Both the position numbers and the translations under genes were made by a program. From a bacterium (GTDB lineage Bacteria; RBG-13-61-14; DATKZS01), in contig CAXXFL010000006.1 of the NCBI GenBank assembly GCA_963674965.2, forward strand, positions 1-64,000: a stretch of DNA of 64,000 nt, given 5' to 3'. Of this stretch, positions 18,902 to 28,720 are shown piece after piece. Numbering within the stretch: the stretch's first letter is position 1; each line of letters opens with the position of its first letter. The notes below the pieces were generated by a model. The model worked only from the letters and a program-made list of their open reading frames with translations, was not told where the DNA came from and did not search any database.

Positions 18902-19906
18902 TTAAAGGCCAATCTCGCTTTTCAGCCGCCTGGTCATAAGGTCCGTCACCGCCATTTTAGGAGATTTCTCCGCGTAAAGCACGAGGTAAATCTGCTCGAT
19001 GATTGGCATCGACACCTCGAGCTTCTGACTCAGCTTGTAAACGGTGACGGCGTTCTTCACGCCCTCGGCCACGCTCCTTTGCCCCTCCAGTATCTCCTTC
19101 AGGGTCATGCCCCGGCCGATGTTCAGGCCCACCTGCCTGTTGCGCGACAGGTCCCCGGTGCACGTAAGGATTAAGTCCCCCAGGCCGGCCAGGCCGGCGA
19201 AGGTCATGGGGTTGGCGCCCATCCTGACCCCCAGCCGCGCGATCTCGGCCAATCCCCTGGTGATGATGGCGGCCCGGGAGTTGAGTCCAAGGCCCATGCC
19301 GTCGGCGCATCCAACGGCGATGGCGATGGGATTTTTCACGGCTCCGCCCAGTTCGACTCCGATGACGTCGGTCTGGGAGTAAATCCTGAAGGTGTCGGTG
19401 GACAGGGCGTGCTGAACCTCTTCGGCCACCCTGACGTCGTGGCAGGCGGCCACGACCGCGGTGGGCACTCCCCTCGCCACTTCCTTGGCGAAACTGGGTC
19501 CGGATATGGCCGTCAGCCTCCGGTGAATCTCGGCGGGCACGGTCTCCTCGATGACGCCCGTCATGGTAAGGAGGGTGTCGTCCTCAATGCCCTTGCTGGC
19601 GGTGACAAGGATGGCGTCCCTCGGCATGTAGGGCGAGGCCTCGGTCATGATCTCCCTCACCAGGTGGGAGGGAACCACCGACAATATCAGCTCCGCCGAG
19701 TCAAGGGCCTCCTCCATGCTCGTGGTCGCCATTATCTTGGGACTCAGCGGAACGTCGGGCAGGAAAAGAGGGTTCTCGTGCCTCGTCCCTATGGCCTGTG
19801 CCACTTCCGGCTCGTAGACCCACATCTTGACCGCGTGATCGTTCTTCGCGCTAAGCTCAGCCAGCGCCGTTCCCCAAGCGCCTCCACCAAGTACGGATAC
19901 CTTCAT
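18902..19906 (-). CDS. gpsA: NAD(P)H-dependent glycerol-3-phosphate dehydrogenase
   Basis: GGGAWGTALA, SKGIE, SGPSFAKEV, GVELGGAVKN, GLAGLGDLILTC..SRN. Confidence 0.97.
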   Translation of the reverse strand: MKVSVLGGGAWGTALAELSAKNDHAVKMWVYEPEVAQAIGTRHENPLFLPDVPLSPKIMATTSMEEALDSAELILSVVPSHLVREIMTEASPYMPRDAILVTASKGIEDDTLLTMTGVIEETVPAEIHRRLTAISGPSFAKEVARGVPTAVVAACHDVRVAEEVQHALSTDTFRIYSQTDVIGVELGGAVKNPIAIAVGCADGMGLGLNSRAAIITRGLAEIARLGVRMGANPMTFAGLAGLGDLILTCTGDLSRNRQVGLNIGRGMTLKEILEGQRSVAEGVKNAVTVYKLSQKLEVSMPIIEQIYLVLYAEKSPKMAVTDLMTRRLKSEIGL

Positions 19907-20169
19907 GCCCCGTTCAAACCTCCCCTTTGGCTCCGGTAAAAATAACCCATCATTCCCACGCCCGCAAGCCGGGACGACTCATCAAGGACCGCGCAAAAGA
20001 CAGTAAACGCCTCCCGTCTTCTTTCTTTAGACGCCCAATTGTCGAAAGCGGTTTGAATCAAGCGGGCGTCTGGGTAATAATTTTGTCGTAAAGGCGGACG
20101 GTCGCGATTTGGCGTTGCCTTATTTATCTTAATTGCCGATGGCTTAAACCAAACACAAGGGGACTGGAC

Positions 20170-23163
20170 ATGGCGTCGAGGATTGAAGTCAAGCTCAAAC
20201 CGGGCATGAGTGACGCGCTGGGAATATCTTTGCGTAAAAGGATCGAGTCGGACCTTGGCGTCAAGGCCGCGGAAGTGGCGGTGATCGACGCCTTTACCGT
20301 GGACAAGGACCTGGAGCCCGGCGACCTGGAGAAATGCCGCGCCAGGATTTTCACCGATCCTTTGACGCAGGACTCGTCCATCGATTCTCCCCTTGCCCTG
20401 GATTTCGACTACGTCGTCGAGGTCGGCTTCCTTCCCGGAGTCACGGACAACGTGGGCCGGACCAGCCGGGCGGCCGTATCCGACCTCCTTAAAATCGAGT
20501 TCGCCCCCGGCGAGTCGGTCTATTCCTCCCGCCAGTACCTCTTGAAGGGGGTCACCAGGGACGAGGCCGAGCGGGTCGCCGCGTGGCTGCACAACCCCTT
20601 GATCGAGCGTGCCCAGCTTAAAAGCCTCGAGGAGTTCACCAACGACGAGGGCATGGACATGGCCATACCCAAGGTCAACCTGCCGGCCAGCGACCGGGTG
20701 GACGAGATCGACCTTAACGTGCCCGACGACGAGCTTCTTAAATTGGGCAAGGAGGGCGTGCTCGACTACGTGGACCACAAGGGGAACGAGATCAGAAGAG
20801 GTCCCCTGGCCCTGGGCCTCGACTATCTTTACGCCATCCGCGACTATTTCAACGGCGAGGGCCGAAAGCCCACGGACGTGGAGATCGAGAGCCTGGCCCA
20901 GACCTGGAGCGAGCACTGCAAGCACACCATCTTCGCGGCCCGCCTGGACGAGATCGACTCGATCTTCAAGACCTATATCCAGGCGGCGACCCGCGAGGTT
21001 CGCGAGATGATGGGCGAAAACGACTTCTGCGTGTCCGTTTTCTCGGACAACTCGGGGATCATCCGCTTTAACGACGAATACGACGTCTGCTACAAGGTCG
21101 AGACCCATAACAGCCCCTCCGCCCTCGACCCTTACGGCGGGGCCATTACCGGCATAGTGGGAGTCAACCGCGATCCCATGGGCACGGGCCAGGGCGCCAA
21201 GCTGGCCGTCAACATGTACGGTTTCTGCTTTGGCGACCCCTATTTCAAGGACGAGCTTTTTTACCGGGGCAAGGGAAAACAAAACCCGATCCTCCACCCC
21301 AAGGTCATCTTCGAGGGAGTAAGGAGGGGCGTCGAGCACGGCGGCAACAAGTCGGGCATACCCACCCCCTGGGGCTTTATCACCTTCGACGAGAGGTACA
21401 TGGGCAAGCCCCTGGTGTTCGTGGGCACGGCCGGTCTTATTCCACATCTTCGTAACGGCAGGCGCTCGGGCGAGAAGAAGGCCAAGGCCGGCGACCTCAT
21501 CATTATGGCCGGCGGCCGGGTGGGCAAGGACGGCATACACGGCGCCACCTTCAGCTCGGAGGGACTGCATGAGGGCAGCCCCGCCTCGGCCGTGCAGATC
21601 GGAGACCCCATCACGCAAAAGAAAATGCACGACGCCCAGATCGAGCTTCGGGACCTGGGCCTTTATAACAGCGTCACCGACAACGGCGCGGGCGGTCTTT
21701 CCTGCTCGGTGGGCGAGATGGCCACCGAGTGCGGAGGCGCCCTGGTCGAGCTCGAGAAGATACCCATCAAGTACGCGGGACTTCTGCCCTACGAGACCTG
21801 GATTTCCGAGAGCCAGGAACGCATGACCTATTCCGTTCCTCCCCAAAACCTCGATCGCTTCATGGCGGTCATGAAAAAACACGACGTCGAGGCCACCATC
21901 ATCGGCGCCTTTACCGATTCCTCCCGCTGCCGGGTAACCTTGAACGGCCAGAGTATCATGGACGTGGACCTGGATTTCCTCCATAACGGGCTGCCCCGGA
22001 TGGAGCTTAAGTCCTCCTGGACCCCACCCGACAACCCCGAGCCCGTAATAGCGGAAAAGGAGGATTATTCGGACGACCTTGTCCGGATGATGGGCCGCCT
22101 GAACCTTTGCTCCCGCGAGTACGTGGTAAGGCAGTACGACCACGAGGTGCAAGGAGGAAGCGTCATCAAGCCGCTGGTGGGAGTCGATCAGGACGTCCAT
22201 CAGGACGCGACGGTTACGCGTCCGCTCCTGGATTCGACCCAGGGACTGGCCCTGTCCTCGGGAATGCATCCCTGGTACGGCGACGTGGACCCCTACGCCA
22301 TGGCCGAATGCGCCATCGACACGGCCATCAGGAACGTGGTCGCCGTTGGCGCGGACCCCGATCGAGTGGCCATCCTGGACAACTTCTGCTGGTGCAGCTC
22401 GAACGAGACCGAGCGTCTGGGCCAGCTTAAGAGGGCGGCCCGGGCCTGTTACGACGCGGCCATATCCATGCGCGTTCCCTTCATCAGCGGAAAGGACAGC
22501 ATGTTCAACGATTTCAAGGGCTTTGACGGAGAGGACAACCCCATTAAAATCTCCGTCCCCCCTACCCTTCTTATCTCGAGCATCGGGATAGTGCCGGATA
22601 TCATGAAGTGCCAGACCCTCGAGCCCAAGGCCCCGGGAGACTACGTCTACATAGTCGGGATTACCAGGGACGAGATGGGCGCAAGCGAGTATTACGCCAT
22701 GCTCGGGGAGATGGAAACGGGAAAGAGATGGATTGGAAAGCGGGCCCCGTCGGTGAACGGAAGCGAGGCCCGGGAGCGTTATCTCAAGGTCTTCCGGGTC
22801 CTTGACGAGGGACTGGCCGCAAGCTCGGCCCCCATAGGAACGGGCGGGCTGGCTTATGCCCTGGCCAAGATGGTCATGGCCTCGGAAATGGGCCTTAGCC
22901 TGGACCTGTCCTATATGCCCCGTGAAACCCATCTTGCGGACTTTAAAATACTTTTCTCCGAGAGCATGGGCCGGCTAATCTTTACCGTGGCCCCGGCGAA
23001 CAGGCGGCGCTTCGAGGAGATGATGTCCGGAGAGCCGATGGACCTTGTCGGCAAAGTTACTGAGGAACCGAGGCTTACGGTACGCGCTCCATCCGGGAAA
23101 GTGACTATGGACGTCGAGGTGAAAAGCTTGAAGTTGTCATACAAGAGCACGCTTAACTGGTGA
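20170..23163 (+). CDS. purL: Phosphoribosylformylglycinamidine synthase large subunit (N-terminal PurS-like domains, no glutaminase domain)
   Basis: QTWSEHCKH, KVETHNSPSA, GGAITG, DGIHGATFSS, DNGAGG, SESQERM, QYDHEV, ISGKDSM, FSES. Confidence 0.96.
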   Translation: MASRIEVKLKPGMSDALGISLRKRIESDLGVKAAEVAVIDAFTVDKDLEPGDLEKCRARIFTDPLTQDSSIDSPLALDFDYVVEVGFLPGVTDNVGRTSRAAVSDLLKIEFAPGESVYSSRQYLLKGVTRDEAERVAAWLHNPLIERAQLKSLEEFTNDEGMDMAIPKVNLPASDRVDEIDLNVPDDELLKLGKEGVLDYVDHKGNEIRRGPLALGLDYLYAIRDYFNGEGRKPTDVEIESLAQTWSEHCKHTIFAARLDEIDSIFKTYIQAATREVREMMGENDFCVSVFSDNSGIIRFNDEYDVCYKVETHNSPSALDPYGGAITGIVGVNRDPMGTGQGAKLAVNMYGFCFGDPYFKDELFYRGKGKQNPILHPKVIFEGVRRGVEHGGNKSGIPTPWGFITFDERYMGKPLVFVGTAGLIPHLRNGRRSGEKKAKAGDLIIMAGGRVGKDGIHGATFSSEGLHEGSPASAVQIGDPITQKKMHDAQIELRDLGLYNSVTDNGAGGLSCSVGEMATECGGALVELEKIPIKYAGLLPYETWISESQERMTYSVPPQNLDRFMAVMKKHDVEATIIGAFTDSSRCRVTLNGQSIMDVDLDFLHNGLPRMELKSSWTPPDNPEPVIAEKEDYSDDLVRMMGRLNLCSREYVVRQYDHEVQGGSVIKPLVGVDQDVHQDATVTRPLLDSTQGLALSSGMHPWYGDVDPYAMAECAIDTAIRNVVAVGADPDRVAILDNFCWCSSNETERLGQLKRAARACYDAAISMRVPFISGKDSMFNDFKGFDGEDNPIKISVPPTLLISSIGIVPDIMKCQTLEPKAPGDYVYIVGITRDEMGASEYYAMLGEMETGKRWIGKRAPSVNGSEARERYLKVFRVLDEGLAASSAPIGTGGLAYALAKMVMASEMGLSLDLSYMPRETHLADFKILFSESMGRLIFTVAPANRRRFEEMMSGEPMDLVGKVTEEPRLTVRAPSGKVTMDVEVKSLKLSYKSTLNW

Positions 23164-23188
23164 TTATTAAAAATATTTCATCAGTTAT

Positions 23189-23378
23189 GAGCCTCGTACA
23201 CAAGTCCCGCTTTGGAGTGCGGCGGCTCGACGCCGCTTTTCTTCCGAGCGGCTTGACGCGAGGCTGGCCGTTGTATTTATTTCCAGGCCTTTTTAAGCCA
23301 TGGCCATCGAAATCGATCTCAAGGGAGTGTCATCCAAAGCGGCTATGCCGCCAAGAAAAGGACTTTTACAAGAAGCTC
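23189..23378 (+). mobile_element. MITE copy 1 (~190 bp) containing REP-like palindromes
   Basis: Ends GAGCCTCGTACACAAGTCC / GGACTTTTACAAGAAGCTC; flanked by direct repeat AGTTAT; homologous to 41474-41659 and 55332-55517. Confidence 0.85.
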
Positions 23379-23401
23379 AGTTATTAAACGAAAAGGTCAG
23401 T

Positions 23402-23437
23402 AAAAAGGGGAGCCGGAAAACCGACTCCCCCCTTTTT
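23402..23437. terminator. Bidirectional terminator between convergent purL and Gly-rich lipoprotein genes
   Basis: AAAAAGGGGAG-CCGG-AAAA-CCGA-CTCCCC-CCTTTTT. Confidence 0.7.
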
Positions 23438-23456
23438 GGTCTTTTCAGTAGGAATA

Positions 23457-25943
23457 TTAGTGCAGTTCTCCGTCGATCAGGACCTCGTCGATGAGGAAGG
23501 CGCCTTCCTCGCCGGCATCGTAGCCGCTTCCGCCGCTGATCTTGGCGGAGCCGTGATGCTCGGTGGCCTGGCCATAGGAGAAGATATCGATGATTCCGCC
23601 GTTGCCTCCCTCTCCGTATTCCGAGTCGGCCGAGCCGCCACGTACGTCGTAATCGACCACGCTCTTTAAGTGTCCCGCCGCGCCGACCGCGATAGCTCCA
23701 CCGTCGCCGGCCTGGGCCTCACCCTTGGCGTCTCCGCCCTTGGCGATAAAGTTGCCGGAAGCGTAGGCGTCACCGCGATATGCCGCTATAACTATCGAGG
23801 CGGATTCCCAATTGACTATGTCTCTAGCCGACCTGGGTACTCCATCTCCGGCGCAACCACCGTCCGAGTTCTCACCAATGCCGTTGCCGCCCGAGGTCAG
23901 AATTTTGCCCTTGACCGCCGCGCCTTCCCAGCCTATAAGCATGGCCGCGCCGCCCTGGCCACCTTCATCGACACCGTCGCCGCCCCTCAGGTCCATATCT
24001 CCGTTGTATGCGACAACCGCCTCGAGGTCATCCAGGTTCGGGGGAATGGGCGAGTCGCCATCATAATCCAGGAACGCGTAGCCGCCCATCATCATGACGT
24101 ACCCGCCACTGCCGCCGTTGCCGTCGGTCGCCTTTCCGCCGCGCGCCTGTATGTCCACGCTGGCCAGAACGTCCCCGAGGTATTCGATAAGCTCGACCCA
24201 GCCTCCGCTTCCGCCGTAATAGCATCCCTGGCCGCCATTGGCCTCGACCCTGGCGAACCCGAAAAGATTGACCGTGAAATTATCGGGGATATAGGCGCCG
24301 CTCGCCACGGGGCCATAGCCCTCGAAGTAGCCGTTGTAAATATACATTTCTCCGGCCCCGCCGCCGCTGGGACCGTAGCCGCCGTTGGCTTCGACTTTTC
24401 CAAACCAGGTTACGTTTATGTCGTTTTCGAAAATATCCTCGGACTCGTCCACATCAGGCGCGATCGAGTACATGCCGGAAAAATATTTTTGCACGATAAT
24501 TTCAGGACCGCCGCCGCCGTATCCAGTCTCGCCGGTGCAGGCCCCGCCGTTCATTATTACGCTGCCCTTCTGTATGATCTCTTCCTTGCCGAGGCCCTGG
24601 AGCTGGAAGTAGAAAGCCCCGCCTCCGCCGGATAGTCCATTACCGCCGCTGGCCTGGACGTTGCCGGAGTTGACGATCTTACCGCCAAGGTAACCTTCCT
24701 CATAGCCCTCGTCGCCCGTCCACATTCCGAAACTGCCTCCGGAACCGCCGGAGCCGCCATTGCCGACGCCGCCGTTGGCGGTCAGGTTGCCGCTATTGAA
24801 GGCGCTTCCCAGATAGGCCCAGAGGCTGATCCCGCCTCCATGGCCGCCGGATACTTGTTCTCCTTCGCCGCCGTTGGCCTGGACGTCTCCGGTGTTAAAG
24901 ACATGCCGGTAGGCCTCGACGATAAAAAGGTTGCCGTTGCCGCCGTAATAACCGTCGCCGCCGTTCAGGTACAAACGTCCCTGATTCAAGACTATCCCGT
25001 AGTCGGCGTACATATAAATTCCGCTTACATACTCGAAGCCCACCTGGCTGGGAGACGGGCCTTCCGGATCGGACTCGTAAATATAGCCCGCGTCGCCGCC
25101 CGAGCCCTCGCCGTCGCCATGGCCGCCGGAGACGTCGATCTTGCCCTTCGAGAATACGCCGAAATAGGACATGAGGTTCACGGCGCCGCCGTCGCCGCCG
25201 TACATATTGGACCCGTCGGCCGCGTTAAGCCCCTTGGTAATGATCGATCCGGTTTCCCTTACGAATATGCGGGAGGCCCCGATCTGGAGGGCGCAGCGGT
25301 TGAGGTAAGTATCGGCCCTGCCCTCGGGAGCGATGAGAACCATTATGCCACCGTAAGTCGTGGTCGTTACCTGGCCCCTGATGTCGACGTCGTAGTCGAA
25401 ATCGAGAGTCACGATTCTTCCCTCGCCGTCGTTGGGGTTCAGGGTCAGGGTCTTGCCGTCGTTGACCCGAAGGCCCGAAACCTCGACGTAATCGCCCGCC
25501 GTTTCGGAGAGCCTTTTATAAAGGCGTATGTCGCCGTAGAGCATATACACCTCTCCGGACTCGGCCTCGCCGTGGTCGCCAAGGACTTCGACCTCGATAC
25601 TCGAGCTGACCACGAGGCCGGTGGGGCCGAGGTCGGCGTCCGCGTCATAGGCGGGAAGCTCGAAGCTCGCGTCCACCTCTCCCTCCGGGTTCATGTGAAT
25701 GCTGTCAACGCCGGTGCTCTCCACGCCGAAATAGCCGCCGTCGCCGCCGTAACCGTAGCTGGCCGACGCCTTGTCGGGATCGTAGGTCGCGTTTCCACCA
25801 TTGAGTTCGATCTTGTTGTTGGCCAAAAGGCCGTTCTGATAGTTCGGGACCTCGTCCCGGCCGCCAAGATCGTTAAAAAGATCGCAGCCCCCGAGGAGCG
25901 CGGCCATGGCCAATACCAGCCCCAAGCATAATATTTTCCTCAT
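23457..25943 (-). CDS. Glycine-rich repeat lipoprotein, paralog 1 of 3
   Basis: Lipobox LGGC; many (I/V)xAxGGxG...GGxGGx(I/V) repeats; C-terminus GEEGAFLIDEVLIDG. Confidence 0.9.
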   Translation of the reverse strand: MRKILCLGLVLAMAALLGGCDLFNDLGGRDEVPNYQNGLLANNKIELNGGNATYDPDKASASYGYGGDGGYFGVESTGVDSIHMNPEGEVDASFELPAYDADADLGPTGLVVSSSIEVEVLGDHGEAESGEVYMLYGDIRLYKRLSETAGDYVEVSGLRVNDGKTLTLNPNDGEGRIVTLDFDYDVDIRGQVTTTTYGGIMVLIAPEGRADTYLNRCALQIGASRIFVRETGSIITKGLNAADGSNMYGGDGGAVNLMSYFGVFSKGKIDVSGGHGDGEGSGGDAGYIYESDPEGPSPSQVGFEYVSGIYMYADYGIVLNQGRLYLNGGDGYYGGNGNLFIVEAYRHVFNTGDVQANGGEGEQVSGGHGGGISLWAYLGSAFNSGNLTANGGVGNGGSGGSGGSFGMWTGDEGYEEGYLGGKIVNSGNVQASGGNGLSGGGGAFYFQLQGLGKEEIIQKGSVIMNGGACTGETGYGGGGPEIIVQKYFSGMYSIAPDVDESEDIFENDINVTWFGKVEANGGYGPSGGGAGEMYIYNGYFEGYGPVASGAYIPDNFTVNLFGFARVEANGGQGCYYGGSGGWVELIEYLGDVLASVDIQARGGKATDGNGGSGGYVMMMGGYAFLDYDGDSPIPPNLDDLEAVVAYNGDMDLRGGDGVDEGGQGGAAMLIGWEGAAVKGKILTSGGNGIGENSDGGCAGDGVPRSARDIVNWESASIVIAAYRGDAYASGNFIAKGGDAKGEAQAGDGGAIAVGAAGHLKSVVDYDVRGGSADSEYGEGGNGGIIDIFSYGQATEHHGSAKISGGSGYDAGEEGAFLIDEVLIDGELH

Positions 25944-26097
25944 TATTACCTTCTCCTTTTTTTCCCTGGATTGGACCCTCGAGCCATTCCACCCGTCCGT
26001 TTCTTCCTTACCAAATCAAAGACGCTTGTCTTGTATCGCCCGGATTCGAGACCTCCACGCTCTTGCCGTATTTGCCTTGCAATAAGTTGGCAAAGGC

Positions 26098-26124
26098 TGG
26101 GGGACCGCAAATACGGTCCCCCCC
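26098..26124 (-). terminator. Hairpin after Gly-rich paralog 2
   Basis: GGGGGACCG-caaata-CGGTCCCCC. Confidence 0.55.
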
Positions 26125-26136
26125 AAACCTTGCCGC

Positions 26137-28623
26137 CTATTTGATCATTCCGTCCACCAGCACGTCGTCAATAAAGAAGGCGCCTTCCTCGCCGGCATCG
26201 TAGCCGCTTCCGCCGTTTATCCGGGCTTTTCCGGAATGCTCGGTGGCGTCCCCATAGGAGAACAGGTCGATGATTCCGCCATAGCCGCCGTCTCCAATTG
26301 TATCATCGCCCGCGTTGCCGCCCCTCACGTCGTAGTCAGCGACGCTCTTAAGAAGGCCCGCCGCGCCGACGGCGATGTTGCCGCCGTTGCCGCCGTCACC
26401 CTCGCCGGCGCCGTTTCCGCCCTTGGCGTTAAAATTGCCGGAAACGTAGGCGTCGCCGTTCTGGGCGGCGATCAAGATGGACGCCTCGTCCAGGTCGATA
26501 ATGTCTTTTTCAAAATCACCCGCGTTGCCGCCGTCGGCGTACGATCCGATTCCGTTGCCGCCGTTGGCCGTAATGGTCCCCTTAACCGCGGCCCCGTCCC
26601 AGCCCATGAGGATGGACTGTCCGCCGCCGCCGACGCCGTCCGAGCCGTCGCCGCCGCTGACGTCTATTATGCCGTTGTATCCCACAACCGCGTCCAGGCC
26701 CTCCAGGTCGGGAGGAATGGGGGAGTCCTCGTCCTCGAGATCGAGAAAAGCGGCGCCGGCCAATAGATAAACGTAGCCGCCGCAGCCGCCGTCGTCATTA
26801 AGGCCTCTTCCGCCCTTGGCGTAAATATCCACGCTGGCCAGAACGTCTCCGAAATAATCGGTAATGTTCACGTAGCCGCCGTAGCCGCCGTCAACGTAGC
26901 CCTGGCCGCCGTTAAGCTCGAAGCGGCTGAACCCGATCAGATTGGTCTCGAAGTTGTCGGGCAGGTAAGTGGCCTTGGAGATGGGCCCGGTCTTATATTC
27001 ATCGTACCCGTTCCAGAGATAGAACCATCCGCCGTGGCCGGCCCCGGGTCCCTTGCCGCCGTTTGACTCGACCTTGCCGAGCCAGGTGAGCTTGATATTG
27101 TTGCCGATAATGTCCTCGGACTCGTCCGCCTCGGGCCCGTACATGATCATTCCGTAGTAATCCTTCTCGGCCCCGATCTCGCCGCCGTCGCCGCCGTAGC
27201 CGGAGGTACCGGTGCAGTCGCCGCCGTTCATGACCACGCTGCCCTTTTGGATGATCTCCTCCTTGCCGTTGCTCTCGAGCCAGAACTCATCGGCCGAGCC
27301 GCCGCCATATAAGCCGTTTCCGCCGTTGCCCTGGAAGTTGCCCGAGTTGATCAGCTTTCCGCCCCAATACCCGCCTTCCTCGTCATCGCCGCTTTCTATC
27401 TCGAACCAACCGCCAGAGCCGCCGTCGCCGCCCTTTCCAACGCCGCCATTGGCGGCTACGTTTCCACTGTTGAAGCCTCCTCCAGAATAGGCCCATATTT
27501 CGAAGCCGCCGCCGTCCCCGCCGTCGCCGTATTCTCCCTCGCCGCCGTTGGCCTGGACGTCGCCCGTATTGTAGACATGCCAGTAGGCATAAAGATATAA
27601 AGCCTCGCCGTCGCCGCCGCTGTATCCGTCGCCGCCGTTCAGATATGCGGGACCGCGGTTAATCACGACCCCATAATCAGCGAAAAGCATAACGCCGTCG
27701 CCGTACTCGAAGTCGGCAAGGGCCGGAGTGAGAGCGCCGACCGCCCCGCCGTAATTGTACGCCGCGTCTCCGCCGTCTCCCTCACCGTCGCCGTGCCCGC
27801 CGGAGGCGTCGATCTTGCCCAGCGAGAAAACGCCCAAATTGGAATAAAGCTCGATGGCCCCACCCTGGCCGCCGTCCATGTTCGAGCCGTCAGAGGCGTG
27901 AAGACCCTTGGTGATAATGGAACCCGTGGCCCGGATAAATATGCGGCCGGCCTCGATCTGCAAGGCGCAGCTGTTAATTGAAGCGGCGCCTCTGGTCATT
28001 TGTTCCGCCGCGGGGACCCCGCCCCAAGGGGCCGTAGTTACCTTTCCCCTGATATCGACGTCGTTGTCGAAAACCAGGCTCACCACGGTCCCGTCGCCGT
28101 CGTTGGGGTTGAGGGTAAGGGTCTTGCCGTCGTTGACCCTTATTCCCGTTATCTCGACGTAGTCGTCAACCGCCTCGGAAAGCCTCTTGTAGAGAGTGCA
28201 GTCATTATAGAGCAGATACACCTCTCCCACTTCCGCCTCGGCGTGGTTGTCAAGGACCTCGACCTCGAGGCTGGAGTTGACCACCAGGCCGTTGGCGCCA
28301 AGGTCGGCGTTGACGTCGTAATCGGGAATCTCGAAGCTCGCGTCCACGTCGCCCTCGGGGTCGATATGAACGCTGTCATAGCCGGAGGCGTAAATCCGGA
28401 TTTCTCCGCCGTTTCCGCCGTCGCCCTCGTCCGCCGACTTTTCTTCCATCTCGGTGGCGGTCGATATTCCGCCGTTAAGCTCGATCTTGTTCCGGGCCAC
28501 CGAGTCGTTCTGATAGTTGGGTATCTCGTCCCGGCCTCCCAGGTTGTTGAAAAGGTCGCAGCCGCCAAGAACAACGGCCATGGCCAGTATCGCCCCTACA
28601 TAAAAAATTCCCCGTTTTCTCAT
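26137..28623 (-). CDS. Glycine-rich repeat lipoprotein, paralog 2 of 3
   Basis: Start reassigned to MRKRG (ATG 28623, RBS AAGGAG); lipobox LGGC; colinear with paralog 1. Confidence 0.9.
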   Translation of the reverse strand: MRKRGIFYVGAILAMAVVLGGCDLFNNLGGRDEIPNYQNDSVARNKIELNGGISTATEMEEKSADEGDGGNGGEIRIYASGYDSVHIDPEGDVDASFEIPDYDVNADLGANGLVVNSSLEVEVLDNHAEAEVGEVYLLYNDCTLYKRLSEAVDDYVEITGIRVNDGKTLTLNPNDGDGTVVSLVFDNDVDIRGKVTTAPWGGVPAAEQMTRGAASINSCALQIEAGRIFIRATGSIITKGLHASDGSNMDGGQGGAIELYSNLGVFSLGKIDASGGHGDGEGDGGDAAYNYGGAVGALTPALADFEYGDGVMLFADYGVVINRGPAYLNGGDGYSGGDGEALYLYAYWHVYNTGDVQANGGEGEYGDGGDGGGFEIWAYSGGGFNSGNVAANGGVGKGGDGGSGGWFEIESGDDEEGGYWGGKLINSGNFQGNGGNGLYGGGSADEFWLESNGKEEIIQKGSVVMNGGDCTGTSGYGGDGGEIGAEKDYYGMIMYGPEADESEDIIGNNIKLTWLGKVESNGGKGPGAGHGGWFYLWNGYDEYKTGPISKATYLPDNFETNLIGFSRFELNGGQGYVDGGYGGYVNITDYFGDVLASVDIYAKGGRGLNDDGGCGGYVYLLAGAAFLDLEDEDSPIPPDLEGLDAVVGYNGIIDVSGGDGSDGVGGGGQSILMGWDGAAVKGTITANGGNGIGSYADGGNAGDFEKDIIDLDEASILIAAQNGDAYVSGNFNAKGGNGAGEGDGGNGGNIAVGAAGLLKSVADYDVRGGNAGDDTIGDGGYGGIIDLFSYGDATEHSGKARINGGSGYDAGEEGAFFIDDVLVDGMIK

Positions 28624-28720
28624 TCTTGCCTCTCCTTTTTTCCATACGCGGATTGGGTTAGCAAATTCCTTTTTTCCAGATTCCATCAACGTTTTATACC
28701 AATGCCAAACTCGAAAAATC

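Noticed and set aside
17196-18905. 569 aa plus-strand ORF
   Set aside because: Antisense to the GspE/PilB ATPase.
19903-22932. 1009 aa minus-strand ORF
   Set aside because: Antisense shadow of purL; GC-rich codon bias removes stops and no motifs are present.
23160-23387. Similar short ORFs here and at 41442-41678 and 55325-55659
   Set aside because: Translations of the MITE copies, not genes.
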